From Cycas panzhihuaensis (taxonomy: Eukaryota; Plantae; Cycadophyta): 64,000 nt of DNA. The notes under the pieces were generated by a model that saw nothing but the letters and a program-made list of their open reading frames with translations, was not told the DNA's origin and made no database searches. Location: contig CM041465.1 of the NCBI GenBank assembly GCA_023213395.1, positions 89,783,741-89,847,740 of the forward strand, in the 5' to 3' direction. Numbering within the stretch: position 1 is the first letter of the stretch; the number at the start of each line of letters is the position of its first letter. A program made the translations under genes and the position numbers. Positions 41,962 through 56,707 of this stretch are shown here, piece by piece.

Positions 41962-44451
41962 TTTTATTTTTCTTTCAATAACTAAACCCAAGTTCTTTTT
42001 TAGTAAACATCAATCAAACTCATGAAGTACTTTACCTCAAAGAATCACAAGGTATCCATTAAAACATATAGATTTATATGCACCATATTAAGTGGCTCTT
42101 TTACTTTCCAACTTCTTTTTTGAAAAGCTTCTTAATGATTCTTTCTAAGAAAGCATCCTTCATATACTTCTTGCACTCCTTTAATAAAGGGAAGTCCAAT
42201 AGTGTTTTTTTAATTATTATTATTAGAATTAGACTTATAAATTTTAAGTGCCCAATTCTAAGACACCTTAACTATGGTTTTTAGAGATTCACTTGCAGGA
42301 AAAATAAATTTAAACAATCTATCTTAAGTCATGTGCTCTTTATCAACTATGAATACTCTAATTGATTTATCATGAATGATACATTCTCCATTGTAAAACA
42401 CTAGTCTATAGTTCTATCCCATCATTTATCCAATTGAAAAAAGATTATTTTTTAAAGATGGTATGTGTAAAACATCACAAATATTTTTGGTTTCTCTATT
42501 TGTTGCTTTAATTATTACTATGCCTTTTTCCTATCACTTTAGAAAATATTTTTATCTCCAAATATGACCTTCCTCATATAAAAGTCAAGTTTTTTGAACC
42601 ATTTATCTTTATAACACATGTAGATAGCCAGCTAAGATCTATATACAAGCAATCATTTTTGTCATATGTTAACAAAATAGATAGGAATAATTTCTCATTT
42701 TTTTCTTGTTTATCCTATAATTGAATTAGCTTCTTTCCTCTCAAACTCTAGTTTCTTGAAAAATATTAACTTTCTGCATGCCTAAATTATTTGTAATAAC
42801 TACATTGGAAATTGCTCCTACCCCTTCCTCTACTTCTTTGGCTCCAACTTATGCCACATTCTCCAAAATTAGGATAGTTGGCTCTACTTCTTATTCTAAA
42901 ACTCTAATCTCTATCTCTCCAACTTAAGGCATTACCTCTTTAATTTGATGATTGACCTCTCTAAATTGATGTTCCATGTTGATCCCCTCTCATCTTTACC
43001 TTGGTGGTAAATGATTACTCTAAACTTTCATTTGCATTCTTAGTTTTTTCTTCAACTACAAGTTATAAACCATTAAATTCATAAGTTTACATCTTTTAAA
43101 GGTCTTTGGATACTTCTATTCCTTTTTTAATTGTGTCAATTCTTTTAATTTAACCAACACTTCAAAGGATCTTTTAATAATCCTTTACTCAATTATGTCT
43201 TTACCCAATGTTGTCGTTTGATTGATTAAGTCTTTGATTTTAGTGATATAGTCATTTATTGATACACTTGCTAATATTTTGTTGTTTTAAAACTTAGTCC
43301 TTAGATTCTAAAGTTTAGTAATTGCACTTGCTTAAATATTTTCTAATATGTCCCATGTCTCTTTGGTTGTATCAACAACACTAACTCTAAGAATTATACA
43401 TTCTCCCAAAGTTAAAAAGATAATAGAAAGAGATTTGTTATCTTTCTTTTGATTTTTTTTTAACTGATTTAATTGTTTGTTAATGCTTATTTGCCCTAGT
43501 TTTATATATCCATTTTTTACAACAAAACCACAAGTCACATAATCAATAAGGGTTTTTTACGCCTATTCTAATTAGTATAATTTATTCCAAAAATTTTGTT
43601 GTGATAAGATTACCACTTGTATTTACCATGGTTGCACTTGAATGCTAAGCAAGAAATAAAATATAAATTCCTTATAATATGGGATGTAATCAAAATTTTC
43701 AAATGCTAGTAACCCCTCAAAACTTGGGATGCAATAACTACATATAACTCAAGAACACAAGTATCAATGATCCCTTAAAACTTAGGATACAAAACAACCA
43801 TCAAACACATCATATAATCCCTCAAACTTAGGACATTATGCATGGAATAATGCATCAAGAAAAGCTTTATCTCTTTAAAAGATAAGATCACCTTCTATCT
43901 CTTCTTTTGACTATCCCTTATAGTAGGGCCTTTTTTTGTCTTATTTATCTTCATCGCAAATGGGATTAAGCCACTATTAAGAAATGATCATTTTTATTAA
44001 TATAAGAGTACAAAGGCTTTTTTTTTTTGTTTTTGCCTATAATAAAAATATCTTCATTAATCATCTCATAAGATTCTAGAATTTGATATGAATAACATTA
44101 TAAAGCTATCAATACCATGTTTGTATCGAACATATTCTACAATATCAATTTTATAATGGCTTGAAAAAAAAATAAAGAAGGCTTATTGAAATTTATTTTA
44201 AAAACTAATTTTTTATATTTCAAAAAACTATTAACATATGTAGTTTCATATTGGATTGTTTATAGGCATCTATGATTCAAGTTCTCACAGTGAATGGGTT
44301 TGTAATTATTTAGGCAGTCAATTTTGTGAAGAGACTATCATTTTCAAGTATCTGCCTTTTGAGGAAAGATGATATGGTCATTTGGTATACCCTATTTTAT
44401 TCATCCTCTAAAATGATACTCATCTGGTGCATATGCCTTTATATCTATGCA

Positions 44452-44706
44452 ATGGTTAATGATTTCCTTTTTTAGCTTTCCTTACCTCTAAATTTCCTTA
44501 GTATTTTATACTATGAGAAATGATAAACTCTTATTGATACACACTCTATGTTCACACTTATTGAGGTGCATCATAGAGATGCAAATTTTGGATGGTGTTT
44601 CTTTTGATGTGATATTAAGCAAAAGTATTACCATTGTTGGAACCAGTGGTAATGAAAATCTATTATAGTCAAGCTTTTGTATCATTTTTTTGACACTTAA
44701 TTAGGA
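44452..44706 (+). pseudogene. Intronless fragment of a mitochondrial ABC transporter (ATM/ABCB25-type)
   Basis: [34 protein letters not shown], then EMQILDGVSFDVILSKSITIVGTSGN.KSIIVKLLYHFFDT*LG. Matches ATM3-type [35 protein letters not shown] / ERKILDGISF..GKSVAIVGTSGSGKSTILR.LFRFFDT. Confidence 0.85.
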
Positions 44707-45741
44707 GTTTTCACAAAAAATGAATAACACTCATGCTTACAATATGATGGAAACATAGTAATGAAGTAAGATAGCAAATATTTAAGAGGCTCTACTAGGG
44801 TTTCTTCACTTGAATAGTTGTGGCATTGAGATTGCTTCTAAAGAGCTCTTCTCAATGAAAATCTAGGATTTTAGGTGTCTCTAGGTCCAAGATTTTAATT
44901 AGAGAGGTATCTTTTCATTCTCAAGGTTTTTCCAATGGAATTATCATCTCTTATAGTCAAGAATAAAGGTTTTGGTAGCTATGGCTTATAGAAGAGACTA
45001 TTAATTCTTTACTCTCGCATTTAAAGCTAGTTGTTAGGGATTAATATTATATGTGGTTAGAATACTAAAAAGGGTATATATTCTACTCTAGGCATTGATT
45101 TTGCTATGGGTCTCTATTATATTTTATGCACTAGGAACCACTAGATTTTTTAAGAAGTTGAAGACCCTCCCTTCCATATATTTTGCATGACAAAGTGATA
45201 TAGGTTATTATATTAGATCTCTCTGGGGTGATACTACCCTAACATTTGATCAATTACTTTTCTCTATGTCAGATCATGGCTTAAGAATGATTAAGTAAAG
45301 GAAATTATAATTTCTTTATTTCAAGTTAACATTAAGCCATTATTTCATACTTTGGATGGTAATCCATTTAGTCTTTAATTCAATTTAAAAGGTTGTTAAA
45401 TATTATAGTGGTTATAAAAGCTTTTGGTTATTCAAGAGTTCTTTCCTTAAGAGGGTATTAAGCTAAATCAAAGACTATATATAATCATGTATCCTCTCAT
45501 TGGGCTCTATAGTTTTTGGATCCTTATGGATTTTGATTTGGGGTTTTACCAAGGGTGAGCTCTAGGCTAATAGAGCTTGAAGACTACAAATTCCTTTTGA
45601 GGCAATTATATTCTAGTTGAATTACTCAAGATAGTTTTATAGAAACTATCCACTCACTTCACTAAAAACTTCATATTTTGGATAGCATATTTCTAATCAA
45701 CCCCTTTCTATTTACTACTTTTTATATTTTTCTATGGTATC

Positions 45742-46354
45742 TATTGGGTATATGATAATAATGTATAAGAAGGCTAACATTTTGACTTATTTTTGGCATG
45801 GTTTTCCCTACTAACTTTCTCAGGGGGTGCAGGAGGGATTACCTCCCCACTATTGTTGTTAGGGAGTCTAGGGGGGATGGCAATAGCTATGGAGCCTCCT
45901 CTTGGCAAAGGATCAAGGGCAGTACCCCTGAAATAAAATTTTAGGATTCAAAACCTATCAAACAGTAAAGAAAATCATAGTTGTTTATCAAAAGGCCCTA
46001 TATCTGATGGTTAAGATTTTGTACCTTCTTATTATATTCTTCATACAACTCAAATTGGGTTATTTCTTGGTGTTGTTGTTGCTGAGAGACCTCTATGGTA
46101 TCCATTGTATAATTTTCTATTTTTCATAAATAAACATTAATGCCTTTCTTGTGTGGATGTTTCCCTAGCATCCTACTAAGGTTTTACCATGTTAAATATG
46201 ATGTACTTGGTAATGTGTATGCTTTTATGTATGTGTTGAATGATCTCTAGTTTACATACTTGTATTTAGTTATAGTTTTGAATATTATTCTTATTGAAAA
46301 ATAGAATAGATCTTAGTGGATGGTTTGGTTATTTAGAACTAGGTTTTCTCAACA
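45742..46354 (+). mobile_element. Solo LTR, divergent family-A member
   Basis: TATTGGG...TCAACA termini; perfect TSD GTATC; shares TGTGTGGATGTTTCCCTAGCA..CTAAGGTTTTACCA with family A. Confidence 0.88.
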
Positions 46355-46379
46355 GTATCTATATTTTTTTATTAAAATA

Positions 46380-49172
46380 ATCTAAGTTCATCTTTTTAGA
46401 ATAATGAGGGAGGGTGAAAATCCCTCTTGATTATCCTTTAGAGATATTTTAATAGTGATTAAGTGTAATAATCCTATATCCCCATCAAAATCTCTATCTC
46501 TTAAGGATTTATTAAACCAAGATTTGAAAAATTCACCTAATTCAAAATCTAAATTAAATAGATGTTGGAGGAAATCAATTTCAAACCTTAGAATCAAACT
46601 CTTATCATAAACCTTCAAACATGAAGTAGATTATTTAAGTAATAATTCTTTGATATGTAAATTCTTATGAATTTAGCCTTCAAAAGTTGGGCTAAAAAAT
46701 TGGATCAAATATGGATAGGAAATCAAGCTAAAACTCAAAGGAGATATAACATCAAGCTAGGACTAAAGGGCTTTTGTACAACTATTTTTGCTTCTCAGGG
46801 GGATAGGAATAAGGTTTTTGAAGGAGGACCATATTTTATAAACTTATATAGCCTCTTCATGAGGTTTTGGATGCTTGGTTTTGATCTAAGTAGAGAAGAT
46901 CTCCCAATAGCCACTATTTTAGTGTCAAACTCTACTCTCTTCCCCTTGAATTTTAGAATAAGGACATCTTGAAGGAAATTGGTGACTCCCTAGGTTCTTA
47001 TATCAAAGCCTTTAAGATCACTCTATGAAAACATTACATAATCTATATTAAGATTTGTGTTTATATGAACTTATTAGTTCCACCTCCTAAGGTAATTATT
47101 CTTGAGTTTGAAGGTGGGGAATAGGTGTAATAGGTTGATTATAAGTAAATCCCCTTTAAATGTTATGTCTATCATATGTATGTTCATTTGTAAAAATATT
47201 TCTCAAATAACAAGCCTATAAATAATGAGGATATTATAGATCTTGACAGATTTCAAAAAATCAAAGCAAAAATTGTAAAGGTAGTAAAATATAGATGGAA
47301 AAATCTAACCACCCTTCCACTAATACTAATATTTTTTATGCTCTCAAAGTAGAGTATTAGGAAATGAAGCAAATATACTTTAATCTACTTTAGAGATTCA
47401 ACCTATGGCTATGGAATCTCTAAGTACTATTCTTATGAAAGAGTAAAAAAGGATACATGGAGAACCACAGAAGAATATTGATCACTTTGAGTCTCAAGGA
47501 ATTAATAATGTTGAGGGCTTCTATCATGCCTTAGGTACCATGACTCTATACCTAAAGGGTCCTAGGCAGATTAATAACACTTTGTTAGATGGAAAAATAA
47601 ACTCAATTCAAGGAGAAAAAAGTTTCTCCTCTAAATAGGCACACTCATGATCTTATCAATAGCAAACTCACCAAGGATGAAATGGACCTTTCATATCCCA
47701 CTAAAGGATCTTTTATTATGAAGGAAAATAATATGATTAGAATCAAAAAGCTCGAGATGATTACATTAACCAGATACTTGGATCCCTTTAAAAAATTGCT
47801 TTAGAGGGAAGCCCATCATAAATACCCACTCTTGTTTCTTAAGAAAGGGAAACTAATTCAACTAGGATATTGAAGGGGAACAAATCAATTTTAAAAGACA
47901 CTAAAAACCATAAAAGCAAGGAAAAGTTAGATGAAGTTAAGATAGAGTCTATTCAAGCTATAAGATCTAAGGGTACCGGGATTATCAAGTTGGATATTAA
48001 ACCTATTAGTTGTATAATCTAAAGAGAGGAAACTCCCAAATGTAAAAATAGAAGAAAAACAAGTTTAGAGAAACTATTAGATAAGGGACAATTTCTAGTT
48101 GAATTAAGTTTATCCTAGCCTCCTTAGGAGAGTTTTCTCTAGTAAAAAGATAATCCCCAACCATGAGGATATTATCTTAGAAAATTAGAGGATTAAATGT
48201 GGTTACCAAGCAAAGAAATCTCAAAGAAGAATTGTTATGGAAAGACCATACATCTATCTTGTTCAACAAATAAAATTAAATCTAGACAAGATGAACATTA
48301 TACCTTAGAAATTTTAAAGAGGATATGGCATCTTGGCTATAGGTTCTATGGGAGCTTCTAAAGGGATGGCTACCCTAAGGTGTCCTAATTCAGTCCAACT
48401 TATTCATTCTAAAGGAGATAAGAGATGGCTTAATGGGTTGTTTTGCTTCCTTAATTTAAATCTTGTGGTGAATATTACTAACTTATATGCTCCCATTTTC
48501 CTTAATCAAATACTAACCTATTGGGATTCATTTGAAAGGCTTAGGAATTATATAAGAGGCACCCCTTGGATCATTAAAGGGGATTTTGATACCATCCTCT
48601 ATTTAGAAGAAAAGAAAGGTGGTGTTAGAGGTTTAGATCAAGCAAGTATTTCTTTATTATAGTGGATCATAAGACACAAACTTTTGGACATTTTCCCTAG
48701 AGAAGGGTTCTTTACCTAGAATAATCACATAAGTTCTTAGATTATAGAAAGGTTAGATAGGATTTTTATCAATGAAAGCTTGGTGACCTCCAACATTATA
48801 ATGGAATTTGATATTATCAAGGGAAGCAGTTCTAACCATTGGCCTATAGATATTTTAATGACCAAAAAACTCTATATTTAAATTTGAAAATATGTGGCTT
48901 TCACATCCATCTTTTGAGGATAAAGTCAAGCTTTCGTGGAGGGAGGGGGATCCTAGTCATGGACATCACATGTTTAAATTAGAACAAAAACTTAAATACC
49001 TCAAAAATTATATCAATAAATGGAATAGGTTAAGCTTTAGGGACATCTTTAAATAAATAAGAGCTCCTAATTCTAAGATGTCTTTTTTCTAAGAAGAAAT
49101 TATGAAAAGAGAAACCTCTAAACACTTAGCCTCCAAATAAGTCACTCTTTAAAAAGAGATTGATGATCAAGA
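46380..49172 (+). mobile_element. Plant L1 LINE remnant: ORF1 and APE endonuclease part of ORF2; RT missing
   Basis: ORF1 DUF4283-like FASQGDRNKVFEGGPYFI..FW, then KICVYMNL and a degenerate zinc knuckle. ORF2 starts MRILS*KIRGLN at 48163, with ITNLYAP, PWIIKGDFD, ERLDRIF, SNHWP and FKFENMWL. Confidence 0.9.
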
Positions 49173-50216
49173 TGATGGATGTTAATGCATCAAGGTCATT
49201 AGATTAATTATATGAAGGTGACTTTAGGTTAGCTAAGTCACATAGTTAAATGTAATTTCATTTATATTTAAGTGTAATTTTAGGATCATGTCATTAGGTA
49301 AGAAACTCCTTTAGAAACCCTAATGCACATCCTCTAATATATAAAGCTGAATGTGAAAGGGAGAATCATAACTCTCACCTCTCATTTTTGCTCTCAATCT
49401 TATTCTCTATTTACTCTTATTATGTATTATTACTTTAGTGTTGTAGATTGTGGCAACTAGATCCTTCAACCAACAACTATTATCAGAGCCATTGTTGACC
49501 ACATTTCCCCACTAGGCTTGCACAGAGCCATTGATGCCTCTCACTCACAATTCATGTGAGGTTGAGGGCTTATTTGAGAACCTTATTTTGTATTAGAGAG
49601 TTTAAAATTATATTATTTTATATGTTGCTACATTTGATATTTTTGTAAATTTTCAAAGGTGAAAAGACTAATTTTTGAAGCTATTTGGTTGTTGAAACAG
49701 CTCCAGACAACATTGAAGGCCTAAAATTTTATGAAATTTTTGGGCATCTTATATTTTAATGAAATTTGATATGTAGGGTCACCTAGCCAAGATGATCATT
49801 TTTGTCTTCTGGAGCATCTTTAGATTCAACCTACAAATGCTAATTTTAGCTTAAATATGTTTTTTACCCATATAGAAGATCTATTATTAATTTCTTTGGA
49901 TCTAATTAATTTTTGTTGAAATTCTTTAAGGGATTTAGTAGATCTAGGTAAAACATATATTTTGGATTTAGTCCCATTAAATTTTATTGAGTTTTTAAGT
50001 GTAACCTTTTCTAAAAAGAGTCAAAATTCATGGATGAGTGACCTAGGTCACTTTCCTCAATGAAATCTTTTAAATATAAGCTAAAAATCTAAAAATTTTT
50101 AAAGTGATCTAGTAGATTTATGTCTCTGGAGAATTTTGAGATAGATCTCATCAAATTTCATCTATTAGTTAATGAGATCTTTGTAATTTTTTGACAGATG
50201 TTAATTCTACCCATTC

Positions 50217-50852
50217 TGTTGAGAAGACAAGGTCCCAACCCTGAAACCGCCACCAAGAACTAAACTATTCTTGCAACTAGTTATAGAAATTGAAACTAAA
50301 AATTACATTCAAGTTCTTAAACCATAGATAAAACAAAATAAACAAGAAAATCAAACATCACAAATACACCTAATATAACATGGTAAAACCCCAGTAGTAT
50401 GCTAGGGAAACATCTGCATAGGAAAGGTATCGATCTTTATAGTTGTAGAATGGAGAAAATGTACATAATCTTGTAGTAGAGTGCTTACAGCAATAACAAG
50501 TAGCCACCCCCTTAACATAGTACATTGAACACCATCAATATAAATGAAAAATGCCCTAAATCTGGCTACATGAGAGGGTCATCTAAGGCACAAATATCGA
50601 CCATAGAATCTAGGGTATTTTTAGCAAATGACCCTGATTCTCTTTACAATTTAATATACTTTTAGTGCTAATTTTTTAGGTTGGGGGCTATCGCCCCCAA
50701 ACCCCCTCTTTGCGGGGGGTGCTCCACACCCCCCTAGACAAGGAGGGCTCATGCCCCCCTTGGAACCCCCTAAGGAAGGTTTGGAGGGGAAACGGCACTG
50801 CCAACCTATCAAAATTTTAGCCTCCTAACCATTGTTGTCACATTACCCAACA
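50217..50852 (-). mobile_element. Solo LTR, family A, in the B2 leader
   Basis: TG...CA termini; perfect TSD CATTC; the empty site is visible in the B1 leader (~35285). Confidence 0.95.
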
Positions 50853-52196
50853 CATTCAACCCTACAAAAACATTATGAGAGCATTTCAGATAGTTTCTTG
50901 GCCATTTTTAGAGTTGTTACAAAAGGAAAAGCTAATGTACATGTCAAGATGAAGCTTTTTACATACTAAAGTTTGGATTCTAAGATAGTAAATCTGGTAA
51001 GATTCTACTTTTGTGCTTTTTATGGATAAAAATTTTTAATTCCATCATTTAGGCCTCTATATTTGTAATTTTTAGAAGATTTTACCTATTTAATATTATT
51101 TATAAATTTTGTAAAATAAAATCACAAAATAGGACAAAATTAGCATGCTTCTAGATTTTAAAAAATTAGCATTTTAGTAGGAAGTTAATATACTTTTTGG
51201 CCCTTTATGGATTTTGTATTGAAATTTTCAAAAATATATTTAGAAATATTGTACCAAAGTAAGGGAAACCTTAGATCAGAAGCAACATCTGATTCCCTTA
51301 TTAAATCTAGCATGCTCTTTCTATTTCCACACATAGCATAAAGCAATGCATAAAGTAGCAACAATAATAAAGTAAGCATAGAATGCAAACAAGCATTTGG
51401 CATCTTTCTATTTTAGTTTTCAATTCAAGTTATTCAAAAATAACTTACGTTATTTCCTAAAAGGAATCTCATCTGTATGACTTATACCATTAATTCTTGA
51501 TTTGTGCGCATACTTGCCTTAGTTAAAAAAGACCATAGTTGGTTAATGTCTAGGCCTTAAGGAAGGTATAAGTTTCATGTTGGGTCTAGTTTTAACTAGA
51601 ATAGTGGTGGAGGGATAGGTTAGCCACACCTACGGACTCTAATTAGGGATAATCTTGATAACCACCCAAGAAAACTAAAAACTTTAATTAAGATAAAAAT
51701 ATACCCAATTAAATATCCATCATAACTATGGGATACACATGTATTGTTTGATTCTTTAGAGGAGGTATATAGCTACTCACTAGTAAATTAGGTAAGGACT
51801 ATAAGTACCTAGGCTCTATTATGACTTAGATTTCATCATTAAGTATAGGTGTAGGCATCACATGTGAAGGACCTAATACGTATACTAAAATTCCCCTCAG
51901 GCATTGACACCTTAACTACTTTAGACTTGAGATAGAGGTTTGGGTTTTGATCACACATTCTATATCAGACTTGGTTTTTAATTGTGTGCACTCACATGCC
52001 AGCTTATATTTCTATTTGTATACATCATCAAACCCTATTGTGTTAAGAGTATTTACCATAAGTGTTGGTGGCCTATTATCATTGCTTGCTATTAAATCAT
52101 ATTTCCCCCTACTATTCTAGGTGTATTAGCCATACGTATCAATGGTATCTTCATTTACTATTTCTTCACTATCTTTTGTACTTCATTATCTTCACC

Positions 52197-55100
52197 ACGT
52201 CTTCTTAATTCAAGTAGAAAATAAAGTACATTTTAAAAGGGAAAGATAATTAGGATCTATAGTATATTGGAGTCAAGAATGCCACTAAGTATGAAGGACT
52301 TTGAGGAGCCTAGCTATAGTTTACATCTATCATCCCTATGATAGCAACAACACCTGCCTCTAGAGGAATGCCACTTGTAGCTCCAACAAATCCTATATCT
52401 AAATTATAATAAGAAATCGATGATAAGAATATTCATGTAGGTATTCTATTAGTGACTGATCACTCTCTACATAATCTAATTAATGAAGAATAACAAAATA
52501 CAGATTGGAAACTCCTTGAGGTTCTTAAAAAGAATTTTGATACAAAGTCTAATCTTGAATTTATTCATCTAGTCTTAAAGATGAATAAGATTAAGATATA
52601 TAAGGGATGTGCATATGAAACAATTAACCTTCTTAGACCAATCAAATAAATAATAGACAAAGATTTTAAGACCTAATGTATTACATGGGCATTCCTCAAA
52701 TAGTCCTATCTACATATACCTAATTATAAGAACATGCCAGGGAGTTTTCAATCAAGTAGAATATTAAAGACACATAACTTTGAAGTTCTTATAAAGAAGT
52801 TTATAGAATTTGATAAGACCTTTTATACTAATTTTACAACTTCAAATCCTCTTTCGGATGTAGCTTTTGACACGAAAGAAGAAGTATGTTTCTCAAAGAA
52901 TCAAGGTCCCTCTCATCATAGAGGAAATAACTGAGTAAGGGGTAGAGGACAAGGTAGAGGAAATCAGCCACAAGATCAACATAACCCTCAACAATAGTAG
53001 CCTAGACAGTTTCAAGGCTAAGTGCCATCTTTTAATGCAAGACACTTAAGCCAAACCAATACTTTAGGGACAAGAAATCATATTATCATGTGCAAAGGAT
53101 GTAACAAAAAATGACACCTTTTAAAGGATTGTCCTATACCTATATATAAGTTGCCTAAATTTTAATAAAAATACAAGGCTTACAATGTTAATAAAACATG
53201 TGAAGAATAGTTTGTTAGTGCAGGTTTTTCTCAAGCATACGTTCAAAGACTTTAGGGAGAAACTACTAATCAAACAAAGAGGTATTTTGAAGTCCATTGT
53301 GGGTATGCCACTTGTGATCTTGAATCACTAATGCAAATCCCTCTTTGAGTTTTAAATAACATAACTTCAAACACCTCCTCTTGGATCATGGATGTAAGAG
53401 TGATACAACATATAACCTACAATTAGGATCTATATCAAACTTTTAATTCCAATGTATATGGTGTCATTCAAATGGTTGATAAATCCTAATAACTAGTCAA
53501 AGGTATTGGAAACATAAGCCTAAAACTCCTAGGCTTGAGATATTTTATATTACTTAATGTCTTATATATTCCTAATATGAAACAAAACCTACTCTCTTTG
53601 TCCACTCTTCTCTCCCGTGGATTTGATCTTAGTGTTACTGCAAATAACCAAACTCTCCAGGTTGTTCATCCTCCAACAAATCTAGTGGTCTTGACTGAAG
53701 TACTTAGTAATAAATTATTTAGATTAAATGACTCCCCATCTTTTAAAGCCAAATATGCTCAAAACCCTTATGCTAATGAAGACTTTACTTTTAATACCAC
53801 TTTGACACATCCTAAGCTATCCCTGGAAGCTCTTTGGCATGATCACGTAGGCCATGTTTATATTAATTGACTCAAAGATCTTTATCACATACTTTTAGGT
53901 TTGTCCAAGTTCTCCTCTAATCCCTTTAAATGCAAAGCTTATATCATATCCAAATATCATAGATAGCCCTTTACTAATAGGCAATGGAAATCAAGTCATC
54001 CTCTTTAATTGGTACACTCTAATCTATGTAGACCAATGTCCATTCCATCATTGATGCAGAAAATATATTATATATCTTTCATTGATGATTTTACCAAGAA
54101 AGTGTGGGTGGATTTTCTGACCAGGAAAGATAAAGCATTTGGTGTCTTTATATCTTTTAAAGCTCATACTGAAAAGGAGTTAGGTTATCAGATTAAGTAT
54201 CTTTGAACAGATAATAGTGGATGATATGCTTATAATAGGGATTTAAAACATATCTACGAGATAATGGCATCAAACATCATACTACAATAGTAAATGCCCC
54301 CCCACATAATAGATTTGTTGAGAACATGAATAGGTCTATTTTGAATATGGCTTGAGTTATGTTAGTTTATAAAAATGTTCCTGCTTACCTATGGATTAAA
54401 GTAATTTAGATAGTTATTTATTGCATGAGTGTTATCATCCCATCTAAATGAGGAATTTCTCCTAATGAAAAATAGACTAGATGGGCCCCCACTACTTACC
54501 ACTTTAAAATATTTAGCTCAACATGTTATGCCCATATAGTAGATGGAGATAGAAATAAACTCCTACCTAGGTCACTTAAAGGCATCTTTGTCGGATACCC
54601 TATGGACAAGAAAGGGTACAAGGTCTTTATACCTTCACTGTGGAAGACTATTGTCACTAGAGACATGATGTTTGATAAAATATAGGATTAATTATTATAA
54701 TTGGACTCTAAAATATTAAACTTTCATTATTATGATACTACTCAATATGATGTACAAATTCTAAAATTTGGGAGGAAGGACACTTAAGAGTTACACCAAC
54801 TATTAGAATTTGACAATAAAGCTATAAACGGTAGTAGCTCTGATTCTAAATGAATGAGTCTATATCATACAGAACCATTCGAGAATAGGAGAGTTGATAA
54901 AGACAAAGTAGTAGTAGATGGACCATGCTCCCTAGATGTATCAACATCCTTCTCAACAAATATGGAAAATGAACTTTTTTAGGATCCAAACGAAGGCCAT
55001 GTAGTTGGAGAAATAAAGATTTCATTCCCAACTAGAGATTCTGATGAAGTCTACTAAATAAATAAGGTTATATGACCTAATGAGGTAGGCAAAATTGGCA

Positions 55101-56707
55101 CTTAAAGTGCCTACAGAGCCAAGATGTAGGAATCAATTTTCATTGAGTTAGAATCGGTAAAATTGCATTTTGCTCTTAATGAAGATCCCATCCCATACCA
55201 AGAAGCTATAAAACACACATATTAGAGGAATGCCATGAATGAAGAGTATTAATCTTTTATACAAAATAATACATAGGAACTCATTGATCTACCACTTGGA
55301 AGAAGATAGTTCAAAACAAATGGATGTACAAAAATAAATACAAATTTGATGACACCCTTAAAGAATACAAGTTGAGGTTGGTAGTAAAGGGATTCACACA
55401 AAGGGAAGGCATCGACTACACTAAAGTCTTTGCACCTATGATCAATTGGCCCACAATTAGAACTCTTATGGCCTTAGTAGCTTAACAGAGCTAGAAGATT
55501 CACCAACTCAATGTGAAAACTACATTTCTTAATGGTGATCTTGAAGAAGAAATCTACATGGCTCAGCCTAAAGGATTTAAGATTGTTGGTCTAGAACATA
55601 AGCTGTGTAGACTCAAAAAGTGCTTGTACAACCTTAAACAAGCCCCTTGTACTTAGTTCACTAAGTTGTTATAAAGAATAAGGCAACTTGGATATGAGGT
55701 TTATGACTAGCAGGATATTGATGCAAAATTATTCATCAAACACTAAAAAGATAAAGTCACTTATCTCTTAATCCTTGTGGATGATATGCTTATAATAGGG
55801 AATACTGAATAGATAATCAACTAGCTAAAGAAGGACTTAGCTAAAATGTTTGAACTATCTAACCTTAGGTTGATGAAATACTACTTGGGGATTGAAGTCA
55901 CTCAGAAAGATCATAAAATCTTTCTTTCTTAAGAAAAGTACATCAACAATCTTCTAATAAAGTTTCAATTAGAAGATACTTAAACTATAGCCACTCCAAT
56001 GAAATCTAATATCAAACTGATAGCTGATGGTGATGATCAAGATGTAGATGTAATATTTTATAGGTAACATATAGGTAGTCTCATCTATACTACTAATATA
56101 AGACCTGATATTGCACACTCTATTAGATTCTTGCTTGTTATATGATAAATCCTAAGTAGAATGACTGGTAAGCAGTAGTGCAAATGTTGAGGTACTTTAA
56201 GATGACCAGTAAATATGGTCTACTGAATAAACCCAATTCATAGTTCAAACTATACACATATACAGACTTAGACTTTGCTAGAGATAGTTTGGTTATATAA
56301 CATTTCTTAGAACAACACTAATATCATGGATATCTAGACAACATAAGATAGTTATCAATTCAACTATCAAAGTTTAATATATTACTACTTCTGAGACTAG
56401 CAATGAGGTGATATGGCTTAAAAAATTATTAGAAACATTAAATATCACCCTAACAAGTCCTACTAGCCTTCGTGTGGATAATCAATCAGCAATCCACATG
56501 GCAAAAAATCCTATATTTTACGATCATACTAAACTCATAAGTACAAAAGTCTACAAGATTCGAGAACTAGTTTATGGCAGCATAATTCAATTGGAGTACT
56601 ACCCCACAACAGATCAAGTTGTTGATATCTTCACCAAACCACTGTAAAGGGTGAAGTTTGAATAGTTCTATAGGTAGCTTAGCCTTCAGGCCTCCATCTC
56701 TGACTGA
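52197..56707 (+). pseudogene. B2 gag-pol
   Basis: Paralogous to B1; ORF track shows LWHDHVGH, ISFIDDFTKKVWV and RVDNQSAIHMAKNPIFYDHTK..DIFTKPL. Confidence 0.92.

Larger units (their letters stand above)
33595..44236 (-). mobile_element. Old Ty1/Copia element (Copia-4): gag, protease, integrase, split by element B1; outer ends approximate
   Basis: Gag start at ~43629; ORF 43332-43538 KKDNKSLSIIF..KETWDILE; integrase contiguous across the B1 insertion (TWV*LLKEK|KVFEKLIKFKTMIEK*SG..LRSNNKGEF); PBS-like sequence at 44105-44117 and TG at 44118. Confidence 0.8.
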
